Below, in pieces: positions 8,817 through 17,401 of a stretch of DNA of 24,861 nucleotides. Position 1 is the first letter of the stretch. Every line of letters begins with the position of its first letter. The stretch comes from a bacterium (lineage in GTDB: Bacteria > Arandabacterota > Arandabacteria > Arandabacterales > JALGWA01), in contig JASFEA010000030.1 in assembly GCA_050125095.1 (NCBI GenBank), positions 1 to 24,861 of the forward strand, read 5' to 3'. The notes beneath the pieces were generated by a model, which saw only the letters and a program-made list of their open reading frames with translations, made no database searches and had not been told where the DNA came from. Position numbers and translations under genes: made by a program.

Positions 8817-10379
8817 GTGATGAGAATGAGAGCAGGCAAGACGAGAGGTTGGAGGCGATTTCGGGGTCTATTAGCGGCGGCGGTGCTGCTGTCTTCGGCG
8901 CTGCCGTTGATGTCGTCGGGCTCCCTGTCCGGGCCGCTGGGCGCGTCGCTGTGCCTGGCATCGGGTGGCGGCCAGGCCGATACGGTCTGGGTGTGCACCA
9001 TGTGCCCGGACGTGGAGGCAAGTGAGCCCGGGCGATGCCCGACATGCGGCATGAATCTCGTGCCCAAGGTGGCGGAGGCGGAACCCGCCGCCGGGCACTC
9101 CGGTCACGCCCGTACAAATGAAGTCCGCGAGTGGACCTGCGGCATGCACCCCTCCATAAGGTCGGAGCAGCCGGGCAAGTGTCCCGTATGCAATATGGAT
9201 CTCGTGCCTGTTGAGAAGGGAGAAGCCGGCGGGCTCGTCGAGCTCGACGCCGGACGGGCCGAGCTCGCGGGGCTGGAGCACGCCGAGGTGACCTACCTTC
9301 CGCTAATAAAGAGGATATGGGCCGTAGGCGAAGTCGACTATGACGAGACGCGGGTCGAGAACATCGCGAGCCGCGTCCCCGGCCGCATCGAGGACCTCAG
9401 GGTGGACTTCACGGGCGCGCGGGTCTCAAGGGGCGACGTCCTGCTCACCATATACTCCCCGGAGCTCATCACGGCCTTCAAGGAGTACAAGAGGTCGCTG
9501 GAAAGGGGCGGCGGGAGCGGAGCCGGGGCGGGTGCCCTGGCCGGATCTTCGCGCCGGAAGCTCCTGCTCTGGGGGCTGACGGAGGAAGAGATAGACGGCC
9601 TCGCCGCGATGGATGAGATACCGGACGAGATCCCCGTCCGGTCGCCCATCGCCGGCACCGTGATAGAGCGCAACGCCACGGAGGGCGAGTACGTCAAGGA
9701 GGGGGAGAACCTCTATATAATCGCCGACCTCTCGGGCGTCTGGATCATGAGCCACGTTTACGAAGAGGACATAGCGTTCATAGAGCCGGGCGATCCCGTT
9801 ACCATAGCCGCCGAGGCCTTCGCCGGCGAGGAGTTCCAGGGCCGCGTGACCTATATCGACCCGTACCTCGACAGGCACACCAGGACACTCGGCGTGCGGG
9901 TAGACGCCGAGAACCCCGGCCAGAAGCTCAAGCCCGGCATGTACGCGCGGGCGAGTTTCGAAACTCCGCTCAACCGGGAGAAGGGGCATTTCTACACATG
10001 CCCTATGCATCCTGAAGTGGTCTCGGCAGGGCCCGGCGAATGTCCCATATGCGGCATGTTCCTCGAGAAGGTCGAGGGCGGCCGGGTTCTGGCGGTTCCC
10101 AGGGAGGCAGTGGTACATGCCGGGAAGGCCTACGTGGTCTATGTCAGGCGGGGAGAGTGGTCTTACGAGCCCAGGCAGGTGAGTCTGGGCGAGCTTGGCT
10201 CGCTCAGGGGCGGCGAGGGCGGTTCCTATTATGAGGTTCTGGACGGGCTTATGCCGGGCGATGTCGTGGTGGCGCGCGGTGCTTTTCTGGTCGACTCTCA
10301 GGCCCGGCTCACCGGCCAGGCGACTTCCGCATACGGCGGCGCCATGAGCGTGGAGCCCGCCGGCGGCCATCATCACTAG
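8817..10379 (+). CDS. cusB: RND periplasmic adaptor, CusB-like, with three heavy-metal-binding domains
   Basis: Membrane-fusion-protein motifs (G.V.YDE, IYSPEL, SPIAG, LKPGM), three CxM(H/C)P...PGxCPxCxMxL modules and C-terminal HHH. Start may be at 8820 or 8826. Confidence 0.85.
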   Translation: MMRMRAGKTRGWRRFRGLLAAAVLLSSALPLMSSGSLSGPLGASLCLASGGGQADTVWVCTMCPDVEASEPGRCPTCGMNLVPKVAEAEPAAGHSGHARTNEVREWTCGMHPSIRSEQPGKCPVCNMDLVPVEKGEAGGLVELDAGRAELAGLEHAEVTYLPLIKRIWAVGEVDYDETRVENIASRVPGRIEDLRVDFTGARVSRGDVLLTIYSPELITAFKEYKRSLERGGGSGAGAGALAGSSRRKLLLWGLTEEEIDGLAAMDEIPDEIPVRSPIAGTVIERNATEGEYVKEGENLYIIADLSGVWIMSHVYEEDIAFIEPGDPVTIAAEAFAGEEFQGRVTYIDPYLDRHTRTLGVRVDAENPGQKLKPGMYARASFETPLNREKGHFYTCPMHPEVVSAGPGECPICGMFLEKVEGGRVLAVPREAVVHAGKAYVVYVRRGEWSYEPRQVSLGELGSLRGGEGGSYYEVLDGLMPGDVVVARGAFLVDSQARLTGQATSAYGGAMSVEPAGGHHH

Positions 10380-10394
10380 ACGGAGGAACAGCAG

Positions 10395-13300
10395 GTGATC
10401 GAGCGATTCGTTGAAGCATGTCTCTCGAGGCGGGGACTCGTACTTCTCGTGGTACTCGTGCTTGTGATACTCGGCGCGCTGTCGCTAAGGGAGACGTCGG
10501 TTGACGCGATTCCCGACATCGGCGAGAACCTCGTCATCGTCTACACCAACTGGCCGGGCAGGAGCCCGCGCGACGTGGAGGACCAGGTAACGTATCCCCT
10601 CACCGTCAACCTCATGGGCGTCCCGAAGGTCAAGACCGTGAGATCGACTTCCATGTTCGGCTTCTCGCTGGTCAACGTCATCTTCGAGGACAATGTCGAC
10701 TACTACTGGGCGCGCACGCGCGTGCTCGAGAAGCTCGAGTGGGCTTCCAGAGACCTTCCTGAAGGCGTCGAGCCCACGCTGGGGCCCGACGCGACACTCG
10801 TGGGCCAGATCTTCTGGTACGCCGTAGAAGGCGAAGGGCACGACCTGTATGAGCTGCGTTCGATAAACGACTATTACATCAAGCTTGCGCTTCAGTCGCT
10901 CAACGATGTGGCCGAGGTGGCAAGTGTCGGGGGGTTCGTCAAGGAGTACAGGGTCGAAGTCGACCCGGCGAAGCTCCTCTCTTACGGCGTCCCCGTGACG
11001 CAGGTGATCGGCGCGGTAAAGTCCTCCAATATGGACGTAGGGGCCGAGGTGCTGGAAGAGGGCGACACCGAGTTCGTTGTGAGGGGCGTCGGGTTCATAC
11101 GTTCGATTGAGGATATCGAGAATGTAGTCGTGGCCGCGCGGGACGGCGTTCCCGTTCTGGTAAAACATGTGGGCAGCGTGACCGTGGCGCCCGACTTCCG
11201 GAGGGGCGCGCTGGACAAGGACGGGAGGGAGGCCACGGGCGGCGTGGTGCTCATGCGCTACGGGGGCAATCCGCGCAAAGTGATCCGGGCGGTAAAGGGC
11301 AAGATCGCGGAGATAGAGCCCGGTCTGCCCGTCGGCGTTAAGATCGTGCCGTTCTATGACAGGACGCGCCTCATAGAGCAGACCACGCGCACGCTCGAGA
11401 TATCCGTGATACTCCAGATCGCGGCCACGGTGGTGGTGGTATTCCTTATGCTCGGCCATGCCGGCACAAGCGCAGCCGTGGCTCTGGGGCTTCCGGTCTC
11501 GATACTGGCGACCTTCATCGTGATGAACCTCATGGGGCAGACATCCAATCTGATGTCCATCTCGGGCATAGCCCTTTCCATAGGCGTGATGGTCGACAGC
11601 GGCATAATCATGGCAGAGAACATATACAAGAAGCTGGCGCTCTTTGCGGCCGCGGGCGGCACCGGCAGCAGGCTCGACGCCGTGAAGGCCGCTGCAAGAG
11701 AGGTCGCAAGACCCATCTTCTTCTCGGTAATCATCATCATAATAGCCTTCGCCAATATCTACTTCCTCAGGGGCCAGGCCGGGAAACTCTTCAGGCCGCT
11801 GGCGCTCACCGAGAATATCATCATGGCGGCTTCGGCCATACTGGCCATATCCCTTGTTCCGGTGCTCTCCTACTATTTCATCAGAGGGCGCGTCAGGTCG
11901 CTTGACGACAGCCGCCTGACGAGGGGCCTAATCAGGTCATACGGGCCAGTCCTGGGCTGGGTGCTGGATCATAAGCGAGCCGTTCTCGCCGTCGCTCTCA
12001 TCGTGCTGGTCGCGGCTTTCGTTTCGACGCGCGCCATCAAGTCGGAGTTCATGCCGCCGCTTAACGAGGGCGATATCCTCTTCATGCCGGTTCTTCTGCC
12101 CGGCGCGACCGTGGACCAGGTTATGGAGGTCATGAGGAAGCAGGATGAGATCCTGATGTCATTCCCCGAAGTCGACATGGTCGTGGGCAAGCTGGGGCGC
12201 GCCGAAACCGCCACCGACCCGGCGCCCGTATCCATGATAGAGACGGTGATACGACTCAAACCACGGGGCGAGTGGCGCCCCGGGCTGACGCGCGAGAAAC
12301 TAATCGCCGAGATGGACCGGTCGCTTGTCATCCCCGGCGTATCCAACATATGGACTCAGCCCATACGCAACCGGATCGACATGCTGGCGACGGGTATTCA
12401 GACTCCCGTGGGGGCCAAGATATTCGGGCCCGACCAGCGCGTCATAGAGCGCGTGGCCGTCGATGTCGAGCGCGTTCTGCGCGGCGTCGAGGGCGCGGTA
12501 AACCCGTTCGCCGAGCGCACAGGCGACAGACCCTATCTTGAAATCAGCGTGGACCGCGAGAGGGCTGCGCGGCACGGCATCAGCGTCGCCACGGTCAATT
12601 CAATAGTGGCCACCGCGGTCGGAGGCAGGAACATAAGCACCTTCTACCGGGGCAGGGAGCGCTATCCCATCAGCGTCACCTATGCGCCCGAGTACAAGGA
12701 AGATCCCGACCTCATCGGGCGCCTGCCCGTGCCGACCTCGCACATGGGCCAGGTCCCGCTTTCGCAGGTGGCGTCGATCGAGCGCACGCTGGGCCCGGCC
12801 ATGATAGCCACGGAAAACGCCGTTCCATACGGCAGGGTGTTCGTCAATATAGACCCGGACAGGACCGGTGTGCTGGACTTTGTAGACAGGGCCCGGGCAG
12901 CGGTGGCGAGCCAGGTCGACGTGCCGCCGGGCTACTTCATCTCCTGGGAGGGCCAGTACAAGTATGAGGTGGAAACTCGCAGGAGGCTGCTTCTCGTGAT
13001 TCCCCTCTGCCTGGTTGCGATCTTCATCGTGCTCTACATAGAATTCGGGTCCATGGGGTTGGCCGGCCTTGTGTTTTCGGCTCTGCCTTTCGCTTTCGTG
13101 GGCGGCATACTGCTCCAGCACGCCCTCGGGTACAAGTTCTCGACGGCGGTGTGGATAGGTTATGTAGCCCTGTTCGGAGTCGCGGTCGAAGACGGGCTCG
13201 CGCTCGTCGAGCATCTCAAGCACAAGATGGTCTCCTGGACGGGGGACACACGCGAGATGGTGATAGAGGCGGCCACGTATAAATTGAGGCCCATCCTCAT

Positions 13301-13487
13301 GACCACGGTGACCACCATACTGGCGCTCCTGCCCATCATGCTATCGAAGGGCACAGGCAGCGAGATCATGAAACCCATCGCCGCGCCCGTCGTGGGTGGC
13401 ATGGTGACGGCAACCCTCCTCAACCTCTTCATAGTGCCCGTTCTCTTCGCCCTCTATGCCCGGGGCAGGCGGAATACGGTTTCTTGA
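10395..13487 (+). CDS. cusA: Heavy-metal efflux RND permease, CusA/SilA type
   Basis: DAIPDI, VEDQVTYP, LGPDAT.VG, GVMVD and RPILMT. The three Cu(I)/Ag(I) methionines are in CusA-like contexts: EGDILFMP, TDPAPVSMIET and RNRIDMLATG. Confidence 0.93.
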   Translation: MIERFVEACLSRRGLVLLVVLVLVILGALSLRETSVDAIPDIGENLVIVYTNWPGRSPRDVEDQVTYPLTVNLMGVPKVKTVRSTSMFGFSLVNVIFEDNVDYYWARTRVLEKLEWASRDLPEGVEPTLGPDATLVGQIFWYAVEGEGHDLYELRSINDYYIKLALQSLNDVAEVASVGGFVKEYRVEVDPAKLLSYGVPVTQVIGAVKSSNMDVGAEVLEEGDTEFVVRGVGFIRSIEDIENVVVAARDGVPVLVKHVGSVTVAPDFRRGALDKDGREATGGVVLMRYGGNPRKVIRAVKGKIAEIEPGLPVGVKIVPFYDRTRLIEQTTRTLEISVILQIAATVVVVFLMLGHAGTSAAVALGLPVSILATFIVMNLMGQTSNLMSISGIALSIGVMVDSGIIMAENIYKKLALFAAAGGTGSRLDAVKAAAREVARPIFFSVIIIIIAFANIYFLRGQAGKLFRPLALTENIIMAASAILAISLVPVLSYYFIRGRVRSLDDSRLTRGLIRSYGPVLGWVLDHKRAVLAVALIVLVAAFVSTRAIKSEFMPPLNEGDILFMPVLLPGATVDQVMEVMRKQDEILMSFPEVDMVVGKLGRAETATDPAPVSMIETVIRLKPRGEWRPGLTREKLIAEMDRSLVIPGVSNIWTQPIRNRIDMLATGIQTPVGAKIFGPDQRVIERVAVDVERVLRGVEGAVNPFAERTGDRPYLEISVDRERAARHGISVATVNSIVATAVGGRNISTFYRGRERYPISVTYAPEYKEDPDLIGRLPVPTSHMGQVPLSQVASIERTLGPAMIATENAVPYGRVFVNIDPDRTGVLDFVDRARAAVASQVDVPPGYFISWEGQYKYEVETRRRLLLVIPLCLVAIFIVLYIEFGSMGLAGLVFSALPFAFVGGILLQHALGYKFSTAVWIGYVALFGVAVEDGLALVEHLKHKMVSWTGDTREMVIEAATYKLRPILMTTVTTILALLPIMLSKGTGSEIMKPIAAPVVGGMVTATLLNLFIVPVLFALYARGRRNTVS

Positions 13488-13512
13488 CCTCCCGGGCCCG
13501 CTGTAGTAGATT
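13484..13512 (+). promoter_or_regulatory. Putative sigma70 promoter for hutH
   Basis: TTGACC-17 nt-TAGATT, overlapping the cusA stop. A strong AGGAG RBS precedes ATG 13556. Confidence 0.55.
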
Positions 13513-13555
13513 GTATAGACTCACCTTAACTTTAAGCGCCTAGGAGGAGTAGGAG

Positions 13556-15100
13556 ATGAGTGTAGTTGTTACCGGCGACGGGATCACGGTTGAGAAAGTT
13601 CATGACGTGGCGAGGAAGAAAGCCAGGGTTATGCTCTCGCCACGTGCCAGGAAGGCGATAAAGAGGTGCCGCGGCACGGTTGAGGAGCTCGTCAAAGAGG
13701 GCAAGCTCATATACGGCGTGACGACCGGTATCGGCGAGCTGGCCAGGGTTCACGTCCCCAAGGAGGTTGGGGAAGAGCTTCAGAAGCGCATCGTTTACAG
13801 CCACTCGGCGGGAGTCGGGGAGTTCTTCGAGGAAGACGAGGTGCGCGCGGCCATGCTCTTAAGGTCGAATGTGCTCGCCAGGGGCTATTCCGCGGTAAGA
13901 CTGAGCACGGTTGAGACCCTCATAAAGATGCTGAACCGGAATGTCATCCCCGCCATAAACGAGAAGGGCTCGGTGGGGACGAGCGGCGACCTCTCGCCCC
14001 TGTCGCAGATGGCCGAAGTGGTGATGGGAGAGGGCCGCGCTTTCTACAAGGGCAAGTTCATGCGCGGCGGCCAGGCGCTCAAAAAGGCCGGCATCAAGCC
14101 GGTTAAGCTGAGTTTCAAGGAGGGCCTGGGACTTATCAACGGCACCCAGATGTTCACGGGCTGCGGCGCGCTGCGCCTGTACGAGGCCGAGCGGCTCATC
14201 AAGAACGCCATAATCGCGAGCGCCATGTCCGCGGAGGCCCTGCGCACGCCGCACCGGGCCTATGACCGCCGGATACATGAGGTACGTCCGTATAACGGCC
14301 AGAACGCCGTTGCCGCTAACATGAGAAAGCTCCTTAGGGGGAGTAAACTGGCGGGAACCGCGGGCAAGGTGCAGGACGCCTACAGCCTGAGGTGCATACC
14401 GCAGGTGTACGGCCCATCCATAGACGCTTATCATTATTCAAGGCAGCAGATCGAGATAGAGATGAACTCCGTCATTGACAACCCGCTCTTCTTCGCCCGC
14501 GAGAAGAAGCAGCTCTCATGCGGCAACTTCCACGGCCAGCCCGGGACGTTCGCCCTCGACTTCATGGCCATAGCGGTGAGCGAGCTCGGGGGCCTGAGCG
14601 AGCGCCATATCAACAGACTCATGAATCCCAACCTCAACCTGGGCCTTCCCGCGTTCCTGGTGGAGGGAGAGGGCCTCAACTCCGGCCTCATGGTCGCGCA
14701 GTACACGGCGGCCTCGCTCTGCTCGGAAAACAAGATGCTGTCGCATCCGGCCGTGGTGGATAACTTCAGCATGGCCGCCGACCAGGAGGACCATGTTTGC
14801 ATGGGTCCGATCTCGGCGAGGAAGCTCAAGGAGATTATATGGAACGTGACAAACGTCCTCGCTATTGAGATGATGAGCGCTGCGCAGGCATTCGACTTTC
14901 TTGAGGGCTCCCCCGGAGCGGGGACGGGTGCGGCGTTCAAGGAGATACGCAAGGTGGTGAAGCCCCTGAAGAAGGACCGCGTGCTATGGCCGGACATCCA
15001 GGCCATCGCCGAGAAAATAACGAACTGCGATATTCTCAGCGCAGTTGAAAATAAAGTCGGACCTATAGGTCTCATCTGGCGTAGGAGGAAGCAGGCATGA
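13556..15100 (+). CDS. hutH: Histidine ammonia-lyase (MIO-dependent aromatic amino acid lyase)
   Basis: YGVTTG.G, YSHSAGVG (SH specificity pair typical of HAL), GSVGTSGDL, KEGLGLINGT, VQDAYSLRC.PQ, GNFHGQP and QEDHV.M. Confidence 0.85.
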   Translation: MSVVVTGDGITVEKVHDVARKKARVMLSPRARKAIKRCRGTVEELVKEGKLIYGVTTGIGELARVHVPKEVGEELQKRIVYSHSAGVGEFFEEDEVRAAMLLRSNVLARGYSAVRLSTVETLIKMLNRNVIPAINEKGSVGTSGDLSPLSQMAEVVMGEGRAFYKGKFMRGGQALKKAGIKPVKLSFKEGLGLINGTQMFTGCGALRLYEAERLIKNAIIASAMSAEALRTPHRAYDRRIHEVRPYNGQNAVAANMRKLLRGSKLAGTAGKVQDAYSLRCIPQVYGPSIDAYHYSRQQIEIEMNSVIDNPLFFAREKKQLSCGNFHGQPGTFALDFMAIAVSELGGLSERHINRLMNPNLNLGLPAFLVEGEGLNSGLMVAQYTAASLCSENKMLSHPAVVDNFSMAADQEDHVCMGPISARKLKEIIWNVTNVLAIEMMSAAQAFDFLEGSPGAGTGAAFKEIRKVVKPLKKDRVLWPDIQAIAEKITNCDILSAVENKVGPIGLIWRRRKQA

Positions 15101-16122
15101 GAAAGCTCCTGGTTTTAGGCGTACTGATTGCGGCTGTCGCATTGATGGCCGGCTGCGGCGGAGAGGAATCCGGGCAGGCGGAGAGCACGAGCACAACAGG
15201 CGGGAGAGCCGCATTAAGCCCCGCCGAAGGAGGAAAGATGGCTGTCAAGGTCAATGGTACGACCATCACTGAGGCGGAAGTTGCAGAGGAGGAGGGAAGG
15301 CTCACCATGGCCATGGGCGGCCGAATGGACCCCCAGCAGCTCGAGTCTATGAAGCCCATGATAAGGGAACAGGCGACCAACAACCTGATCAACAGGACCC
15401 TGCTTGCCGAGGCGGTGAAGGAGGAAGGCATCGAGGTCACCTCTGAGGAGGTGGACACCCGGATGGCGGACCTTGAAATGGCCGCCGGCGGTACGGAGGC
15501 CTTTGATAACAGGCTCTCGATGATGGGCGTCAGCCGGGACGAACTCCGCGAGGAGATCGAGCTCGGGGTCAAGATCGAGAGACTCATGGAGGAGAGGGCC
15601 GGCGATTCGGGCGAACCCACCGAGATCGAGATAAAGACGTTCTATGATGAAAATCCGGCCCAGTTCGAGAAGCCCGAGCAGGTGCATGCCAGCCATATTC
15701 TCTTTATGGTCGAGGAAGGCGCAACCGATGAAGCCAGGACGGAGAAGCGCAAAGAGGCCGAAGAAGTGCTGGCTCAGATAAGGTCCGGCGGCGACTTCGC
15801 CGCCCTTGCGACGGCGCATTCGGACTGTCCCAGCTCGTCAAAGGGAGGGGATCTGGGATACTTCTCGCGCGGTCAGATGGTTCCGCCGTTCGAAGAGGCG
15901 GCTTTCGCCATGGAGCCCGGCGAGGTAAGCGACATAGTTGAGACGAGGTTCGGCTACCACATTATCAAGGTGGTCGATAAGGCGAAGGCGGAGAAGGTCC
16001 CTTACGACGAGGCCAAGAGCAATATCAAGCAGTACCTCGGCGGCCAGGACAAGCAGCAGGCCATGACCAACGTCATAGAAGATCTTCGCGCAAACGCGAC
16101 CATCGAATACCCGGAACCATAG
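15097..16122 (+). CDS. PpiC/parvulin-type peptidyl-prolyl isomerase lipoprotein (PrsA/SurA-like)
   Basis: Lipobox LMAGC and a SurA-N-like region, then HASHIL, SDCPS..KGGDLG.F.RGQMVPPFE and VETRFGYHIIKV. Confidence 0.9.
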   Translation: MRKLLVLGVLIAAVALMAGCGGEESGQAESTSTTGGRAALSPAEGGKMAVKVNGTTITEAEVAEEEGRLTMAMGGRMDPQQLESMKPMIREQATNNLINRTLLAEAVKEEGIEVTSEEVDTRMADLEMAAGGTEAFDNRLSMMGVSRDELREEIELGVKIERLMEERAGDSGEPTEIEIKTFYDENPAQFEKPEQVHASHILFMVEEGATDEARTEKRKEAEEVLAQIRSGGDFAALATAHSDCPSSSKGGDLGYFSRGQMVPPFEEAAFAMEPGEVSDIVETRFGYHIIKVVDKAKAEKVPYDEAKSNIKQYLGGQDKQQAMTNVIEDLRANATIEYPEP

Positions 16123-16146
16123 TCCGGCGAGTAGAGGAAACAGTGT

Positions 16147-16174
16147 CCGGGGCCGGGTGACCGGCCCCGGTTTT
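16147..16174 (+). terminator. Intrinsic terminator
   Basis: Perfect 10-bp stem CCGGGGCCGG-GTGA-CCGGCCCCGG followed by TTTT, 24 nt after the PPIase stop. Confidence 0.8.
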
Positions 16175-16240
16175 GGCTTGCGCGGACTGATAAGTGCTGG
16201 CACAATGAGCTGGCGCATGTGCCATGGGGGTGATTAAGTC

Positions 16241-17365
16241 ATGTATCCCATCAGGATTTTCCTCCTGACATTGATCGCGCTGGCGGTCATCACGGGTATC
16301 AGATGCGGGGGCGACGGCCCCACTGACCCCGGTAACGGCGATTCCTACATCAGCATTACGCCCGACTCCACTGTGGTTATGATCAGCGCTTCCCAGCAGT
16401 TCGATGTATCTCATAGCGATGACGTACAGGACGTCATATGGTTCGTGGCCTCCGTCCGGGGCGGGACCCCGTCGACCGGTGTTGTAAATGCCTCCGGCCT
16501 TTATATCGCACCGGGCGCGGTGCCGGAAGACAGCACGGTGGACGTCAAGGTCTTCGCCGTCGGCAACTCGAGCCTAAGTGCGACAGCGACGGTGGTCATA
16601 AGAGGCGGCGGCGGCGCATCCAGCGTCAGGGCGGTTCCGGCCGACACGACGCTTGCCCCGGGCCAGCCCATGGTCTTCGATAAGGAGGTATATGGCTGTG
16701 CCTCAGAGGAAGTCGCCTGGTCGGTTGAGCCCCTCCTCGGGGGCGGTGTGGACGCGGGGAGCATCGGGCCCGACGGCTCCTATACGGTGCCGGCCGGTAT
16801 CGACCAGGGCATACGGCTTCTCGTGAGAGCGTCCAGCCAGACCTGCACGGACAGGACAGGAATAGCCGTTGTCACGGTAGTGCCGCCTCACGAGTTCATC
16901 GTCGAGCTCGAGGACTATGCCGAGAGCCATGACGAGGAGGCCGGCAACAATTACATCCGGATAGAGGCCTGCTCTAAGGCCAGCGGCGGGGCCATGGTGA
17001 AGGGCCTCGACTATATCGGCGAGTATATTGACGTGCCTTTTAATGTCGATGAGGCCGGGACATATGAAGTAACGCTGGCCTACGCGACCCTGCCCGGCGA
17101 CACCCTTGGAGCCACGGTGATATTCACGGGGTGCGGCTCGGCCCTCACCGAGCCGGAAGTCGATTTCTTCATGGACAAGGGCGCGGGGCTCGGGTGAAAG
17201 CTCGTGTATAAGGAGGCTGCCGGGAGCAGCACCGTGACTCTGAACAGCGGCCAGTGCACCCTCAGGTTCATGCATACGTATGGCATACCGCTCACCTACG
17301 GCCAGATGGACGCCCTGACTTTCGTGCGGGTGTTCGACACCCGCCTGGCCGCCGGAACGGATTAG
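16241..17365 (+). CDS. Secreted/lipoprotein with two Ig-like repeats and a CBM6/35-like domain; in-frame TGA at 17195-17197 (candidate selenocysteine, otherwise a nonsense lesion)
   Basis: Signal peptide plus C-GG, repeated 'P....V/L......F...' and 'G.I/V...G.Y..P' Ig-like units, and a CBM-like ELEDY..ASGG..V..GEYI...F.V.EAG.Y.V.L.YA. The frame stays open for 55 codons after the TGA (V.L.SG..TLRF...MDAL.F) to TAG 17363-17365. Confidence 0.7.
17212..17233 (+). promoter_or_regulatory. Candidate bacterial SECIS hairpin
   Basis: GCTGC-CGGGA-GCAGC stem-loop (17216-17230), extendable with GG/CC. The loop starts 23 nt after the UGA and has G as its second base. Confidence 0.5.
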
Positions 17366-17401
17366 GCCCGGCAAGGAGGCTTCGGCGCCGGGAGGGAACG
17401 A

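Noticed and set aside
17195-17197. Genome-wide UGA reassignment to Trp or Gly as the explanation for the in-frame TGA
   Set aside because: Other genes end at TGA at their expected C-termini, often in ATGA/GTGA overlaps (623, 3047, 4549, 13487, 15100), and Trp is encoded by TGG.
17211-17365. A separate small gene using AGGAGG (17211-17216) as RBS
   Set aside because: The nearest in-frame start, GTG at 17234, is 17 nt away, too far for an SD. The peptide also looks like the missing end of the upstream domain.
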